A stretch of DNA of 64,000 nt from Octopus vulgaris (Eukaryota): the NCBI GenBank assembly GCA_951406725.2, contig OX597814.1, positions 212,598,001 to 212,662,000 of the forward strand, read 5' to 3'. Shown one piece after another: positions 14,336-26,673 of the stretch. The position numbers were made by a program, and so were the translations under genes. Within the stretch, counting starts at the first letter, position 1. Each line of letters begins with the position of its first letter. Under the pieces are notes generated by a model. The model did no database searches. It was not told the origin of the DNA and worked only from the letters and a program-made list of their open reading frames with translations.

Positions 14336-14979
14336 ATGATCTCGTTAGGAATATCACTTGAATAATTCAAGTGAAGTATATGGCAAATCCGTTTATATAT
14401 TTTTCAAGTGTGAATGTAAATCTTGTTAATTTTTATGTAGAATTAATTCAAACTAATACTTTGTATTCAGATTTCAAATACTTCTGGCTGACTGTGTTCG
14501 TCAGTTTTTATGCACATCCAATTCAGCTAGTTGCTTGTTTATCTCTTTAAATAATTTCGGTCTTTAATTAAATTATTGTGAATTTCATTTTGTGATGAAA
14601 TTATTGTCAAGCTTCACATATGTTGCAGGTCGCTTTCTGTCTGTCGCATATATTCGGTTATGTTTAAAGCTTTCCTTCCTTAGTTCTTAATTACCAGGTT
14701 ATCCGCCCTTCGGTCCGTGTCACACATAACTCTGGCAATGTGGATGTCACATTCTTCTGCTGCATAATTAGAAAATCAATCTTTAACCAATATTCTGTAC
14801 GGCAATAAATCTAATTTGGTTCGAGTTTCTATTTGAACATGGTATTTATCACTTTTAGTCCGAAATGTTTATTTAAATGTAGATAAACTCCCAGACGCAG
14901 ATGTACTGTCATCAGTCATGCTTACCCGCAACTATCGGTCCATTTATATAGTCTATTCTCATCATAATATTGAAGGCAC

Positions 14980-15467
14980 TTTATTTCGTCTGTCTTTACG
15001 TTCTGTGCTCAAATTCCACGGAGGACAACTTTACCTTTCATCCTTTCAGGAACGATAAATTAAGTATTATTTGCGTACTAGGGTCGATCTAATCGACTGG
15101 CCCCCTCCCTCAAAATTTCGGGCCTTGTGTCTTGAGGAGAGAATAATATTGAGGGCACCTTCTTTCGCCTGTCTTTACGTTCTGAATTCAAATACCACCG
15201 AGGTCGACTTTGTCTTCTATCCTTTCGAGGTCGATAAATATTCTTTTCTACGCTAGGCACAAGGCTCGAAATTTTGGGGGAGGAGGTGCAGTCGATTAGA
15301 TCGACCCCAGTACGCAACCGGTACTTAATTTATCGACCCCCAAATGATGGAAGGCAAAGTCGACCTCGGCAGAATTTGAACTCAAAACGTAAGCACAGAC
15401 GAAATACCGCTAAGCATTTTGCCCGACGTTCTAACGTTTCTGTCAGCTCAGCATCTTAGTAGCAAGG
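14980..15467. mobile_element. Cluster of SINE family C copies (+, +, -)
   Basis: Three segments match the family C core (TTCAAATTCCGCCGAGGTCGACTTTG...GTCGATAAA). A target-like motif AAT(A/G)TTGA(A/G)GGCAC occurs at 14966, 15145 and 15468. Confidence 0.85.
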
Positions 15468-16065
15468 AATGTTGAAGGCACCTATTATCACCATTTCCAT
15501 TTCTGTGAGAGATGTTGCCTCCTGTATGTTCCAGTCCGCAAAGAAATATTTTTCCTTTGATTACTGAAGAACTGTAATTCCTTCCTAATGTAATTCCTTA
15601 CTTACATGGGTTCTTGTCCAGATTCTGTGTTGAACGTCGAATTTTTTCTTTCCAGAAGTATCACAGCTACATATGACTGCCAGAATCAGGAGATTGACTT
15701 TTGCTTAGAGCTTCTATAAAAATGCATTATCTCTATTTCCATTCTTACCAGTGACATAATTTTGTGCCTGCCACTTGACAGTTGAGCAGAATCGTATATT
15801 CTAATATGCTCTCATTTGATTTTTTGCAGTCTTTTGATGATTATTATTTGCCAATGGCAATCGTAGTAACACAGAATCGTCTGATCCGACTCGAAGATGT
15901 AAGTGATAGCACACAAATATGGATGCTGCTCGCAAATGTTTTTAAACATCATCAGCTTTTGAAAGTTAATAGCCTCGCTCTCATGGACTTCCTTAAAATT
16001 TCCTAATCGGCAACAACATAAATGAAGTACAAAACTCTGAAGCTGTCATAGTTAATAGCCCTTCA

Positions 16066-16452
16066 CGTGGAGGCGCAATGGCCCAGTGGTTAGGGCAGCG
16101 GACTCGCGGTCATAGGATCGCGGTTTCGATTCCCAGACCGGGCGTTGTGAGTGTTTATTGAGCGAAAACACCTAAAGCTCCACGAGGCTCCGGCAGGGGA
16201 TGGTGGTGATCCCTGCTGTACTCTTTCACCACAACTTTCTCTCACTCTTACTTCCTGTTTCTTTTGTACCTGTATTTCAAAGGGCCGGCCTTGTCACTCC
16301 CTGTGTCACGCTGAATATCCCCGAGAACTACGTTAAGAGTACACGTGTCTGTGGAGTGCTCAGCCACTTACACGTTAATTTCACGAGCAGGCTGTTCCGT
16401 TGATTCGGATCAACCGGAACCCTCATCGTCGTAACCGACGGAGTGCTTCCAC
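16066..16452 (+). mobile_element. tRNA-derived SINE family B, full length with TSD
   Basis: Head GGAGGCGCAATGGCCCAGTGGTTAGGGC...GGTTTCGATTCCC (A/B boxes); 12-bp TSD AATAGCCCTTCA at 16054-16065 and 16453-16464. Confidence 0.92.
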
Positions 16453-16737
16453 AATAGCCCTTCAAGTTTCTACCGTAGATTTCTGGGTCAAGCTTCCTAA
16501 CGGTATATGTAGTTCTGTTGGGCCCAACGCATGAAAGACGCTACCACTCGTAGGTGAGCTTTGGATTTTGCACGCCTCATAAAGCTACTGATTCGTACAT
16601 ACCTTTCTTCTTCTACCTTCGTCTAGTGACAGTTGTTCTCCCTAATTTGACATGTTTAGAATGACAGGTAAGTTTACAGAGTTTCTTTATATACTAAGGG
16701 TAAATGCCTTGTCTTACCGTAATAAGAGGCTGAAAAT

Positions 16738-16929
16738 CCTACTTTATATATCTGATAGGAAAGAACTGACAACATCGAGTGATTCATATCTAAACTTTAC
16801 GCTATAATACAAGCGGCAATTTAGCTCTAATCTGAAAACCTTAATACTTTCCACTGAGGCGCATCTTCCACACTTCCTTTATCTTATACTTTGGTCCGCA
16901 CTAAATAACAGTCAGGTCACCCAAGAAAA
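16738..16929 (+). repeat. ~192-bp direct repeat, copy 1
   Basis: Near-identical to 18553-18744. Confidence 0.9.
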
Positions 16930-18316
16930 TCCATAGCATCAGTCAATAGGCGTTTCCTACAATTTACTATATTTGGGTTGCCAATAAAGACATATTACAA
17001 ATGCTAAACTGATTTTATTATAACATATTTTGTTTTGTTTTAAACAATTAGTGAAGTGATATAAATAATATTATGACAAGATATAATCAAATGAAACAAG
17101 ATTTCGACCACGAGAAGCGTACTTTTTACTCTTGAGTTCTTTTATAAGTCTTATATTGTATGAAATCACATTATGGAAATCTTAGCACATTAATTTGATG
17201 GATAATTCCCAGAATATGCTGCTATCCACCCACTATTTGGCATACTATACTACTATTGCGTGGATACCTTTGCCTTATAGCATATATTTCATGTTCTTAT
17301 TTGAGACGTTGAAGAACATCATAGTGAAAGTGAACATCAATATAGTCAACATTTTACATTATACAAAACGTTGTATAATTCATGAGATAGATATTCCCAA
17401 TATGAAAGTTATGTAACATATTGCCAAGAGACGTGTTGCTTAGTCGTAGTAATAGCAAATACATAATATGTAATTTATGTCCTCAACATGTTTGAGGCCT
17501 TCTATCTCATTTGAGAATCAGGATTAAAATCGTTGTTTTCAGAAATGTTAGCAATTTCTAAGGATTTCGAAGTTTCGTCCATTTCAGATAAGTGAATAAT
17601 ATAATGCAAGTATATTCTAGCAAGACTTTAGGTTGATAACTTGAAACCTATTGGTTTATATGTTTAAAATATTATTCGGGAAATTATTGATTTCTCTGAA
17701 ACCTACTTTGATACTTTGATGTTTATAAAGAGCCATTAATATTGCATTTTTCCGTTTTAAACAAACAGCTTTCTTTTACGTCTTTGTATGATTCGTTCAC
17801 CACAGATTCTGTGTAATATTCAAATTTGAGAAAAAAAAAAAAGTCATCGGTTTACCGTACTTGAAATAATGCAATGATCCCATTTAAACTATAACTGATA
17901 GACGACAATGTGTTTCACGCAATATACTTTGAACTTTGATATTCATTTTCTTTGCAGAATATTCAATATTTTTAATGTTGTATGATCTGCACAGTAAATA
18001 CGTAGGAAAATATGGTGAACTGAATAAGCAGAAGAACATAATAAACGCATTTGTATGAGCGTAGGTGCATGTATTTATTGTAATATTTTATATAGTTTGT
18101 CAGTGATCGATTAATGATTTTAATATCAATGGAAATCTATCATACTCAGAATAATCCTATATCATTCACTATGCATTTCTAAATCGGTTGACTCTCTTTC
18201 TCAGTTAAGGTGTATTGCAGAAACTTCAATGCATAATACTGATACCGCAACCATGCTTTGCTATATTTTGTACTCGGTTTTTTAAGAAATGCTGATGTAT
18301 ATTGATGTTTTGCTAA

Positions 18317-18352
18317 ACACACACACACACACACACACACATACATATATAC

Positions 18353-18406
<54 letters not shown>

Positions 18407-18429
18407 TTATATATGTATGTATATCTATC

Positions 18430-18522
<93 letters not shown>
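18317..18522. repeat. (CA)n/(TA)n microsatellite
   Basis: Directly visible. Confidence 0.95.
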
Positions 18523-18525
<3 letters not shown>

Positions 18526-18552
18526 TGATCATTCCATTGATCCAACGGATTA

Positions 18553-18744
18553 CCTACTTTATATATCTGATAGGAAAGAACTGACAACATCGAGTGATTC
18601 ATATCTAAACTTTACGCTATAATACAAACGGCAACTTTGCTCTAATCTGAAAAGCTTAATACTTTCCACTGAGGCGCATCTTCCGCACTTTCTTCATCTT
18701 ATACGTTGGTCCGCACTAAATAACAGTCAGGCCACCCAAGAAAA
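18553..18744 (+). repeat. ~192-bp direct repeat, copy 2
   Basis: Near-identical to 16738-16929. Confidence 0.9.
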
Positions 18745-19337
18745 ATTATTGTAAATGTACCCTCAGATATGTGTTTGGCGTGGCTATATAATCAGATATT
18801 TTTGCATAACATCGAATCGGCTTTTGGTTCTGTCACATTTGCAGCACTAGCATCATGTCTCATCGATTATAGATTGAAACTGGAGCAAAATTTGCAGGAG
18901 AGAAACAGGGTGACACACTCTAACTTTAACACACCAATTTGGCTCTTTCTTGATATTATTGGAATCCATTATTTTTCATCACAAATATCCGGGTGCCATC
19001 TGCAACCAATGCAAGTTACAAAAATAGTCGTTGGCACACTTTCTATCTAGCTGAAAACTAGAATACTTCGATATTGTACGCATATTTTTAATACTTTTAT
19101 ATAATATGTTCACAGATTTTACATGTATATATGATTCTGTATACACGTTTCCATGAATAAAATACTTTTTGAAACTACAATGATGTGCATAAATATGTCA
19201 AAATTAACTGTATGAGATTTTGTGATTGTTAAACTTAAATATAAAAGCCTGGCCATACACACATGAGATTTTATCAATTGTTGTGTATTTACATAATTTA
19301 CATGTGACGGATATTTGTCCTCATCTTGTTTGCTGTT

Positions 19338-19383
19338 AACACAACGTTTCGGCTGATATACCTTCCAGCCTTCATTAGGTGTC
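19338..19383 (-). ncRNA. Type I hammerhead-like motif, degenerate (core CTAATGA, G5A)
   Basis: Minus strand: GACAC CTAATGA A GGCTG-loop-CAGCC GAAA CG TT GTGTT. Confidence 0.6.
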
Positions 19384-19434
19384 TTGGAGAAATTTCGAAC
19401 CTAGGTTCTCATTCCTATTTTTCGATGTTGTTAC

Positions 19435-19483
<49 letters not shown>

Positions 19484-19484
<1 letters not shown>

Positions 19485-20130
19485 TATGTTTGAGTTTTGC
19501 TTTATATTTGTACAAGTTGGCTCCAAGTCTCACCCAGAGACCTCAAGAGACAACAGGTTGGAAGTTCATATTGTTGTTATGCCTAGTGTGCCATATATTG
19601 GGGAGGGGGTTGGTGTTGTACTAATGAATGTCTAAAAAAAACAAAACATTTTTTCTTTTTTTTTAAACACCGAAAATTATGTTTGTTTTAAACCTTGAGA
19701 TTACATAGAAAGTATTTTGCGTAGGATATGAGCAGTACCCATGAGCACTATCTTTTGAATTTCTGCCATTTTTGGGTTTTCTGGTATCTGAGTTAGGTAG
19801 CTATCAGCCCCTTTTGCTATCATTCCCAGGGCACCTATGACAACAGGTATTGTTTTAGTCTTCAGGTTCCACATTTTGCTGATTTATATTTCAAGATCTT
19901 TATATTTGCTCAGTTTTTGGTAGGTCTTGACAGATACGTTTATATCGATTGGGACAGTCATATCAATGAGGAGGCATGTTCTTTGTTTGAAGTCTTTCAA
20001 TATGATGTCTGGCCTATTTGCATCTATTTTCCTGTCAGTTTGAATGGTGAAGTTCCAGAGGAGTGAGATGTGGTCATTTTCAAGCACTGGGGGTGGTTTG
20101 TGTTCCCACCAGTTTTTTTCATGGGGCAAA
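19484..20130 (-). mobile_element. Dong/R4-clade non-LTR retrotransposon 3' fragment (second subfamily)
   Basis: RLE motifs LWNFTIQTD...NRPDII...LIDMTVP...KLSKYKDLEI. After an in-frame stop it continues KMWNLKTKTIPVVIGALG...GTAHILRKILSM* (stop 19701). The 3' UTR abuts (TAA)n. Confidence 0.88.
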
Positions 20131-20145
20131 TTTATTATTATTATT

Positions 20146-21690
20146 CAGTAGTTTTATTTTTATTTTTATAGCGTGCTTTCACTTCACTACCGAGCACAGC
20201 TCTGTGTGCCTTGGGTATGTGCTGTGATTTGTTGTGATGCTCTGATGGTTATTGTATGGAAAGTGTTCTGCGTAGGATGTGTGCAGTGCCCAGTAGTGCA
20301 ATTTTCTGTATGTTATATGTGTTTGTAAGTCCTGGTGTTTTTGTTATGTATTTGTCTGAATATTTTTTTATCATGCCTAATGCACCTACTATGATAGGAA
20401 TTGTTTCTGTTTTCAGATTCCACATTCTAGTTACCTCTATTTCCAGGTCTTTGTATTTTGAGAGTTTCTCCATTTCTTTTAGAGACACGTTGTCATCTGC
20501 CGGTACTGATACATCAATTAGAAAGCATTTTTTTTCTTCATGGTCTCTGACAACTATATCTGGTCTGTTGGCCTTAATTTCTCTATCTGTGTGTATCGGC
20601 ATATCCCAGAGTATGGTTGCTTTCTCGTTTTCTGTGACCTTTTCTGGTGTGTGCCTATACCATCTTTTTTCTGTTGTTATTCCATAATGTTGGCATAGCT
20701 TCCAATGTATGTAAGTTCCAACTCTGTCATGTCTGTGAATATATTCCTTCTTAGCCAGGACTGGGCAGCTAGAGATAATATGATTTATTGTTTCTTGTCC
20801 ATCTCCACATATTCTGCAGTTACTTGTAATATTTCTTTTCATTACATGTTTTTGGTAATTTCTGGTGGGGAGGCTTTGGTCTTGTGCTGCAATTAAAAAT
20901 CCCTCTGTTTCTGCTTTGAGTCCTGAGCTTCTCAACCATTGCTGGGATTTTTCTTTGTCTATTTCTTTTGCGTTTAGTTTAGTCCAGTATTTACCATGAA
21001 GGGGCTTTTCTTGCCATCGTTTTATCATGGTTCTTTGCTGTTCTATTTTTAGTTTGGATTTCATTGTTTTTATAGCTTTTGTTGTTTCTTCATCTTCTTC
21101 TTCTTCTTCATGTTTATTAGGTGGTATGATTTCTTGTTTGTATTTGTCAGCTTCCTTAAATACTGAGAACAGTTTTTTGTTTTGCTCGTGTTTTGCCGCT
21201 ATCTGGATCAGTTTTCCTTCCTTCTGAAGTAGATATTTTTGCAGTCCTATGGTGGTTATTTTATAGTAGTTTTCCAGCTGTATAAGGCCTCTACCACCTT
21301 CTATACGTTGTATATATAGTCTTTCTATGTCAGATTTTGGGTGATGCATCCTAGATCCTGTCATTATTTTTCTTGTTTTCCTGTCTATTTTGGTCAGTTC
21401 ATTTCGTGTCCAGTTAAGGATATTGTAGCTGTATCTTATAACTGGGACAGCTAAAGTGTTGATACCTATTATCTTGTTTTTAGCATTGAGCTCTGTGTTT
21501 AGTATTGATCTAACTCGTCTATAATATTCTTTTTTTATTTTCTCTTTCATTTGTGTGTGTTGTGTCTTATCTAGTTCATGGATTCCTAAGTATTTGTAAG
21601 TTTGGCTTTGGTCTAATTCTTTTATTTCATTTGCTTCATCTAGTGTGATGTTGTTACTCTTAACTAGTTTTCCTCTTTTCATGGTTACTT
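20146..21690 (-). mobile_element. Dong/R4-clade non-LTR retrotransposon, 5'-truncated, inserted in (TAA)n
   Basis: Uninterrupted 477-aa ORF, a short 3' UTR and (TAA)n on both sides. Confidence 0.92.
20249..21682 (-). CDS. Truncated R4/Dong ORF: RT C-terminus, CCHC zinc knuckle and restriction-like endonuclease
   Basis: YKYLG, RLYIQRIEGGRGL, AAQDQSLPTRNY, CRICGDGQETINHIISSC, RHDRV, RPDIVV...LIDVSVP...KLSKY. The RT catalytic core is missing, so it is non-autonomous. Confidence 0.88.
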   Translation of the reverse strand: MKRGKLVKSNNITLDEANEIKELDQSQTYKYLGIHELDKTQHTQMKEKIKKEYYRRVRSILNTELNAKNKIIGINTLAVPVIRYSYNILNWTRNELTKIDRKTRKIMTGSRMHHPKSDIERLYIQRIEGGRGLIQLENYYKITTIGLQKYLLQKEGKLIQIAAKHEQNKKLFSVFKEADKYKQEIIPPNKHEEEEEDEETTKAIKTMKSKLKIEQQRTMIKRWQEKPLHGKYWTKLNAKEIDKEKSQQWLRSSGLKAETEGFLIAAQDQSLPTRNYQKHVMKRNITSNCRICGDGQETINHIISSCPVLAKKEYIHRHDRVGTYIHWKLCQHYGITTEKRWYRHTPEKVTENEKATILWDMPIHTDREIKANRPDIVVRDHEEKKCFLIDVSVPADDNVSLKEMEKLSKYKDLEIEVTRMWNLKTETIPIIVGALGMIKKYSDKYITKTPGLTNTYNIQKIALLGTAHILRRTLSIQ

Positions 21691-21696
21691 TTCATG

Positions 21697-21776
<80 letters not shown>

Positions 21777-22115
21777 TATTCAGGTTACTGCCTGGAATCG
21801 GACTCGGAATCTTGGGGTTAGTAGCGCGCGCTCTTAACTACTCCGCCATATTGCCCGTGGGCAATTATGGAGTGAATTTTAGGGCGTATAAATCTGATAT
21901 TTTCACATTCTTCCTTAATACCGGTTCCCACATGCTATTCATATCTACACACGGTCTGCTTAGGAGGTTGCTGTGTCCTAGCATAATTGCCCACAGGCAT
22001 ATGGCGTAGTGGCTAAGAGCACGGATTACTAGCCCCGAGATTCCGAGTGCGATTCCAGCCAGTGATCTGAATAACAATAATAATAATAATAACAACAACA
22101 ACAACAACAACAATA

Positions 22116-22176
<61 letters not shown>

Positions 22177-22263
22177 CAACAATAATAATAACAATAATAA
22201 TAATAATAATATCGAAAAATACCTTAGGAATGATATGAGAACCTAGGTTTGAAATTTCCTCAA

Positions 22264-22309
22264 GACATCTGATGAAGGCTGGTGGTTATATTAGCTGAAA
22301 CGTTGTGTT
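22264..22309 (+). ncRNA. Minimal type I hammerhead ribozyme motif
   Basis: GACAT CTGATGA A GGCTG-loop-TAGCT GAAA CG TT GTGTT. Stems I and II pair with G-U wobbles; stem III is the palindrome ACGT. Confidence 0.68.
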
Positions 22310-22706
22310 AACAACAAAAAAGTTGAGGACAAATATCCGTCAAATGTAAATAACGTATATAATTCCTCATCACTTAAATATAGAACTGTGTTGTGTATTC
22401 GTTCTAATATTGTACGCTTTTTCATCTAGTCATGATTTAAGAAGTATTACTTTATAGTAGTCGATTAGGTCACCTAAGTAATTTTATTATTCTCTATTTG
22501 GTACATGAAACTGAGACAGTGTGAAAAAAATCTGACGGATGAAAGTGAAACATTAGAAATATGAAAGTAAAATAAAAGTATATTTCCCGGTAAATGAAAG
22601 AAATGGACGCGATAAAGTGAAGAGAAAAATTGGAATGCTAAATACTAATGAGGCAGTATTACGGTGACATTCTCGGGACAGTATAATGCTGAATTTATGA
22701 AGAACA

Positions 22707-23034
22707 AAGGAGCACTCCGTCGGTTACGACGACGAGGGTCCCAGCTGATACGATCAACAGAACAGCCTGCTCGTAAAATTAACGTGCAAGTGGCTGAGCA
22801 CTCCACAGACACGTGTACCCTTAACGTAGTTCTCGGGGAGATTCAGCGTGACACACAGTGTGACAAGGCCGGCCCTTTGAAATACAGGTGCAACTGATTT
22901 TTGCCAGCTGAGTGGACTGCAGCAACATGAAATAAAGTGTCTTGCTTAAGGACACAACGCGTCGCTTGGAATCGAACTCACGACCTTACAATCGTGAGCC
23001 GAATGCCCTAACCACTAAGCCACGCGCCTTCACC
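22707..23034 (-). mobile_element. tRNA-derived SINE sharing the family B 3' tail but with a different head and body
   Basis: Head GGCGCGTGGCTTAGTGGTTAGGGC...GAGTTCGATTCC, body GTGTCCTTAAGCAAGACACTT, tail ...GTCGTAACCGACGGAGTGCT. 12-bp TSD TTATGAAGAACA at 22695-22706 and 23035-23046. Confidence 0.9.
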
Positions 23035-26000
23035 TTATGAAGAACAGTAGTTGATTGAATAGAATAGGGCTACATCTACAAAATATGGTTTGTCAAGGGA
23101 GACAATAGAATAATCACTAACTAAAGAGTGTGTGTATGTATGTATAATGTGGGGTTCATATATATATTCCGGGTAAGATAGGTATGTGTATCTTAGTATG
23201 TAGCTTTTATGAAAAGGATATATTGAAGCATGTGTTTGTTGTCTTTAAGTGTAGGTGCTGTATATATTCCATTCACACAATTGCACTGTAAAATGAATCA
23301 CTTGCGAATATATATTTCTGTATGACACAGACATGTATGTATGCAGTGTATGTGTGCGTATATGTGTGTGTGAGTGTGTAGATATATGCATGTGTGTGCG
23401 TGTGTTTATGTGTGTGTGCGTGTGAGTGTGAGTTTGTATGGTTGTGTGTATGTGTCGAAACCATATTAAAACTGGACTGGCCGCAGACGAGTGAACATTC
23501 CCGTTGATCTTTCATTCTCCTGTTAATGTCCTTTCCAGTTTCTTCTGTGGTATTGAATTTGTTTTACTTATCTAGTATAGTAGAGCTCCTTAGTTTATTT
23601 GGTTGCTTGGCAGAGTGAATTACATGTGTTACGTAAGACTTTATCAGAAAATTATGTACTCTAAATAATTATCAGTTAATTAGATGAGAATATCGTTATT
23701 CAGTAATTTTGAAATATAAATACCATGAATCGCTTGATAGCATTTGGGACCAACATGGGATGAGAAAAGGACACAAGTGCTCATAACAAAAGTCAGACTA
23801 TTCTTTTGTAATGAGATGTCTGCCCTGGAGAAAACTTGATCCGTGGGTTTATCTTTTCTTCTCGTTCGGTGATAGTTCCAGTTCGACAAACGATTATTCT
23901 ACTTCTCTGAAAAAGAAAATAGTTTCGATAAGGCAAAAAGTTACCTCATAAGGTACTTAAGGTATCTATGGGTTACTGGTGAACAACAATATTTTATTTT
24001 ATTTCTGGATGCATGAAATAAATACTTGGTTTCTCGAAATCATTTCAACTTCGAGAAAATAGATTATTTGGTGGTGATTGTTCTTCGTTTTTGGACAAAC
24101 TAAGAACAAGAAAGAGATTATTGATTATTAAAACTATCCCTTTTTGTCACGTGATGATTCCAAATGCCATTAAGCGAGTACTTCGGAATCTCGATAGAGT
24201 GATAGTTTAAGTTGTATGGTATTTATTTGTTTCCCTTGTCCAAGTAGATGCTGTAGAAATCTAACGATTTCTGTATCAGTGATACAAAGCTTGATGGAAA
24301 TTTTCCATTCCCTGTCTAAACAGACTCCCTTCTCTACTATCTCAAACCAGACGGGTCTCCTCAATCCTCAACAGGATCTCAGAAACTAGAAGTCCGTCCC
24401 TTTAAACAGACCGTTCTGGATACCAAAATAAAAATACCAATGCATCAAATGAGATCCCTTGTAAAGACGTTTGTTTCAAACTTCAAAAATCCCCACTGTC
24501 TATGTTATAACTAATAGTTTTTCTTTTCTGGAAGTAGTGCTTTAGTTCTTTAGTTTGCTTTAGACATGATAGCGGAAGACTTGCTTGACTATCATCAAAT
24601 ATCCATGATACAATATGTGATGTTGCAAGACTTAAATATAAATTTTTTACGAGTAATACTTATGAATAATTATAGAATACTATGTAAACATGATAGATGA
24701 TAATCGTGTTATCTTAAATACTGAGGCTTCAGTGTGCGTATAAGTAATGGTCGGCAATATTCGTGAGAGGTAACAGGTGAAAACTTACGAAAATTTTTCT
24801 ATTGAAATATGTACTATTTTCTTTTTCGATAATAAAGTTTTTCAATAGCAGTAACCGTAATTAGAAAGTTTCCAGGTTCGTTCCTTTTATAGATTTTTCG
24901 GCGGCACCTAATATCTATTAAGGTATAAAATTACATGATATATTTAATAGATAAATTAAGAATGTTATATAAAAATAAGAAAACCTCCGTGTATCATCTA
25001 AAATATATATAAGAAATATTCGAAATAAAAAGAAGAAAATCGTTGGAAAACTCTACACATACACTAATATCATTCTTGATAACATGTCATATTTAAATGA
25101 TTCGATCGTTGGTTTTAATAAATGAGTAAGTTTCACATAAGTAACTATCTCCATAATTCTAAAATGCATGCAACTTTTGGAGCAATAAAAAATGCGAAAA
25201 AATAAAAATAAAGAGAACATTCAGCATTATGAAAGTTTGTGAAAGTTTTCTTCGAAATTAAGTGAAATAATGTGCGTGCAGATTTTATAGTCATATCCAC
25301 AATAATCATTCATAATTACGTACACAGAAAGAGGTAAAGAAATGCACTCATACAAACTACCCACTCCAAGAAATTTGTACAAACTTACAGGTTCAGACAT
25401 ACAGAGTCAATTATGTAACTACGTATATATAATTACATATACATATGTGTGTGTGTTTGTTTGTCTGTGCATGTGTGTGTGTGTAAGCGTACGAGCGTGA
25501 ATATAACGCCGTGTGTCGACACGCTCCTGTATATATAATCATTCATATATGTACATATATATATATATATGTGTGTGTGTGTATGTATGTATATACACAG
25601 ATATATATTCGGTATAACTGTAAAAAACAAATGGAATAAGTTTGTAGGTTATCTGACAACACGCTACATATTACCCAAGGATGTATGAAATATGTCATGC
25701 TTCATTATTGAAGGTATATATTTTTTCTAATCGAAATGACATATCTGAAACTGAATATTTATGGAATAATTGAAATTTGAAAATAATTTCGGAGAAAATA
25801 ATTCACTGAGCGTATTTTAACTTTTTTTCTTTTTATTGGTTTGTAAAATATAGAATATTAATTAGATGTTTTTCCTTACCAAAATTAAGGAAAAAATATT
25901 TTTGAACTGTAAAAATATATAATGTGCATTATGTTGCGATTATGTAAGTTAAGCTTTCAGTTTCACACGATATTCAGTAGTCATCATGACAAAGAATCAA

Positions 26001-26269
26001 ATGCAAACCATAACCTTACAACAACAAATTCTATCAAATGTAACATTCATATTTTAAATACAAGTAAATGTATGTGCGACATATACATGCATATTGAAAT
26101 ACGCATATAAACATGTATGTGTGTGTGCGTAGGTGTGTATTTATATATCCGTATATAAAATGTTCATGTATGTATATTTCTATATACTAACATATGCACC
26201 TATATATGAGTATGTGTGTGTGTGTGTATGTATACGTATATATCTTTAGCCACTCACACATTTTCACAC

Positions 26270-26417
26270 ATTTTTTCTCTCCTTGTATTCTGTGTCCCTT
26301 TCTGTAGAAGAGCGTAGGCTCGAAGCGTAAAAGACTTTTTCTATTCCTGAGCGTTATACTAATGCATCTGTTTGTTTTGTACACCCCCTGTCTTCGTCTT
26401 TTTTTTTCGTAAACTAT

Positions 26418-26420
<3 letters not shown>
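26270..26420 (+). mobile_element. Short dispersed repeat family E with HHR-like motif (26298-26333)
   Basis: Matches 41025-41185 and the reverse complement of 61531-61735; abuts (TA)n. Confidence 0.75.
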
Positions 26421-26495
<75 letters not shown>

Positions 26496-26518
26496 GCATG
26501 TACATATATATATATATA

Positions 26519-26558
<40 letters not shown>

Positions 26559-26673
26559 AAAACAATTAAGATTCAAGTGAGTTCCAATGAATTCACATGA
26601 ATGCGGTACTTAACTTAGATGCACCAGAAATCTATATGGTATTAACCATAAAATAATGTGGGGTGATTATAAA

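Larger units (their letters stand above)
19290..22388. mobile_element. Inverted pair of a tRNA-head/(AAT)n/hammerhead-tail element; the left arm is interrupted by two Dong-like insertions
   Basis: Left arm (-) spans 19290-21869, right arm (+) 21982-22388, with a 112-bp spacer. 11-bp TSD TGTTGTGTATT at 19279-19289 and 22389-22399. Confidence 0.8.

Noticed and set aside
15500-16020. Possible decayed APE endonuclease remnant on the minus strand
   Set aside because: Only faint motif resemblance; no reliable peptide could be reconstructed.
16069-16140. tRNA-like sequences (also 4093, 21996, ~22960-23030, ~50450-50523)
   Set aside because: These are heads of repeated elements, several with TSDs. 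Acceptor stems are not convincing, so they are not called tRNA genes.
23680-23925. Possible minus-strand exon after a polypyrimidine-CAG acceptor near 23908
   Set aside because: All three frames reach stops soon after, with no recognisable protein or clear donor site. A host gene with tiny exons cannot be excluded without RNA-seq.
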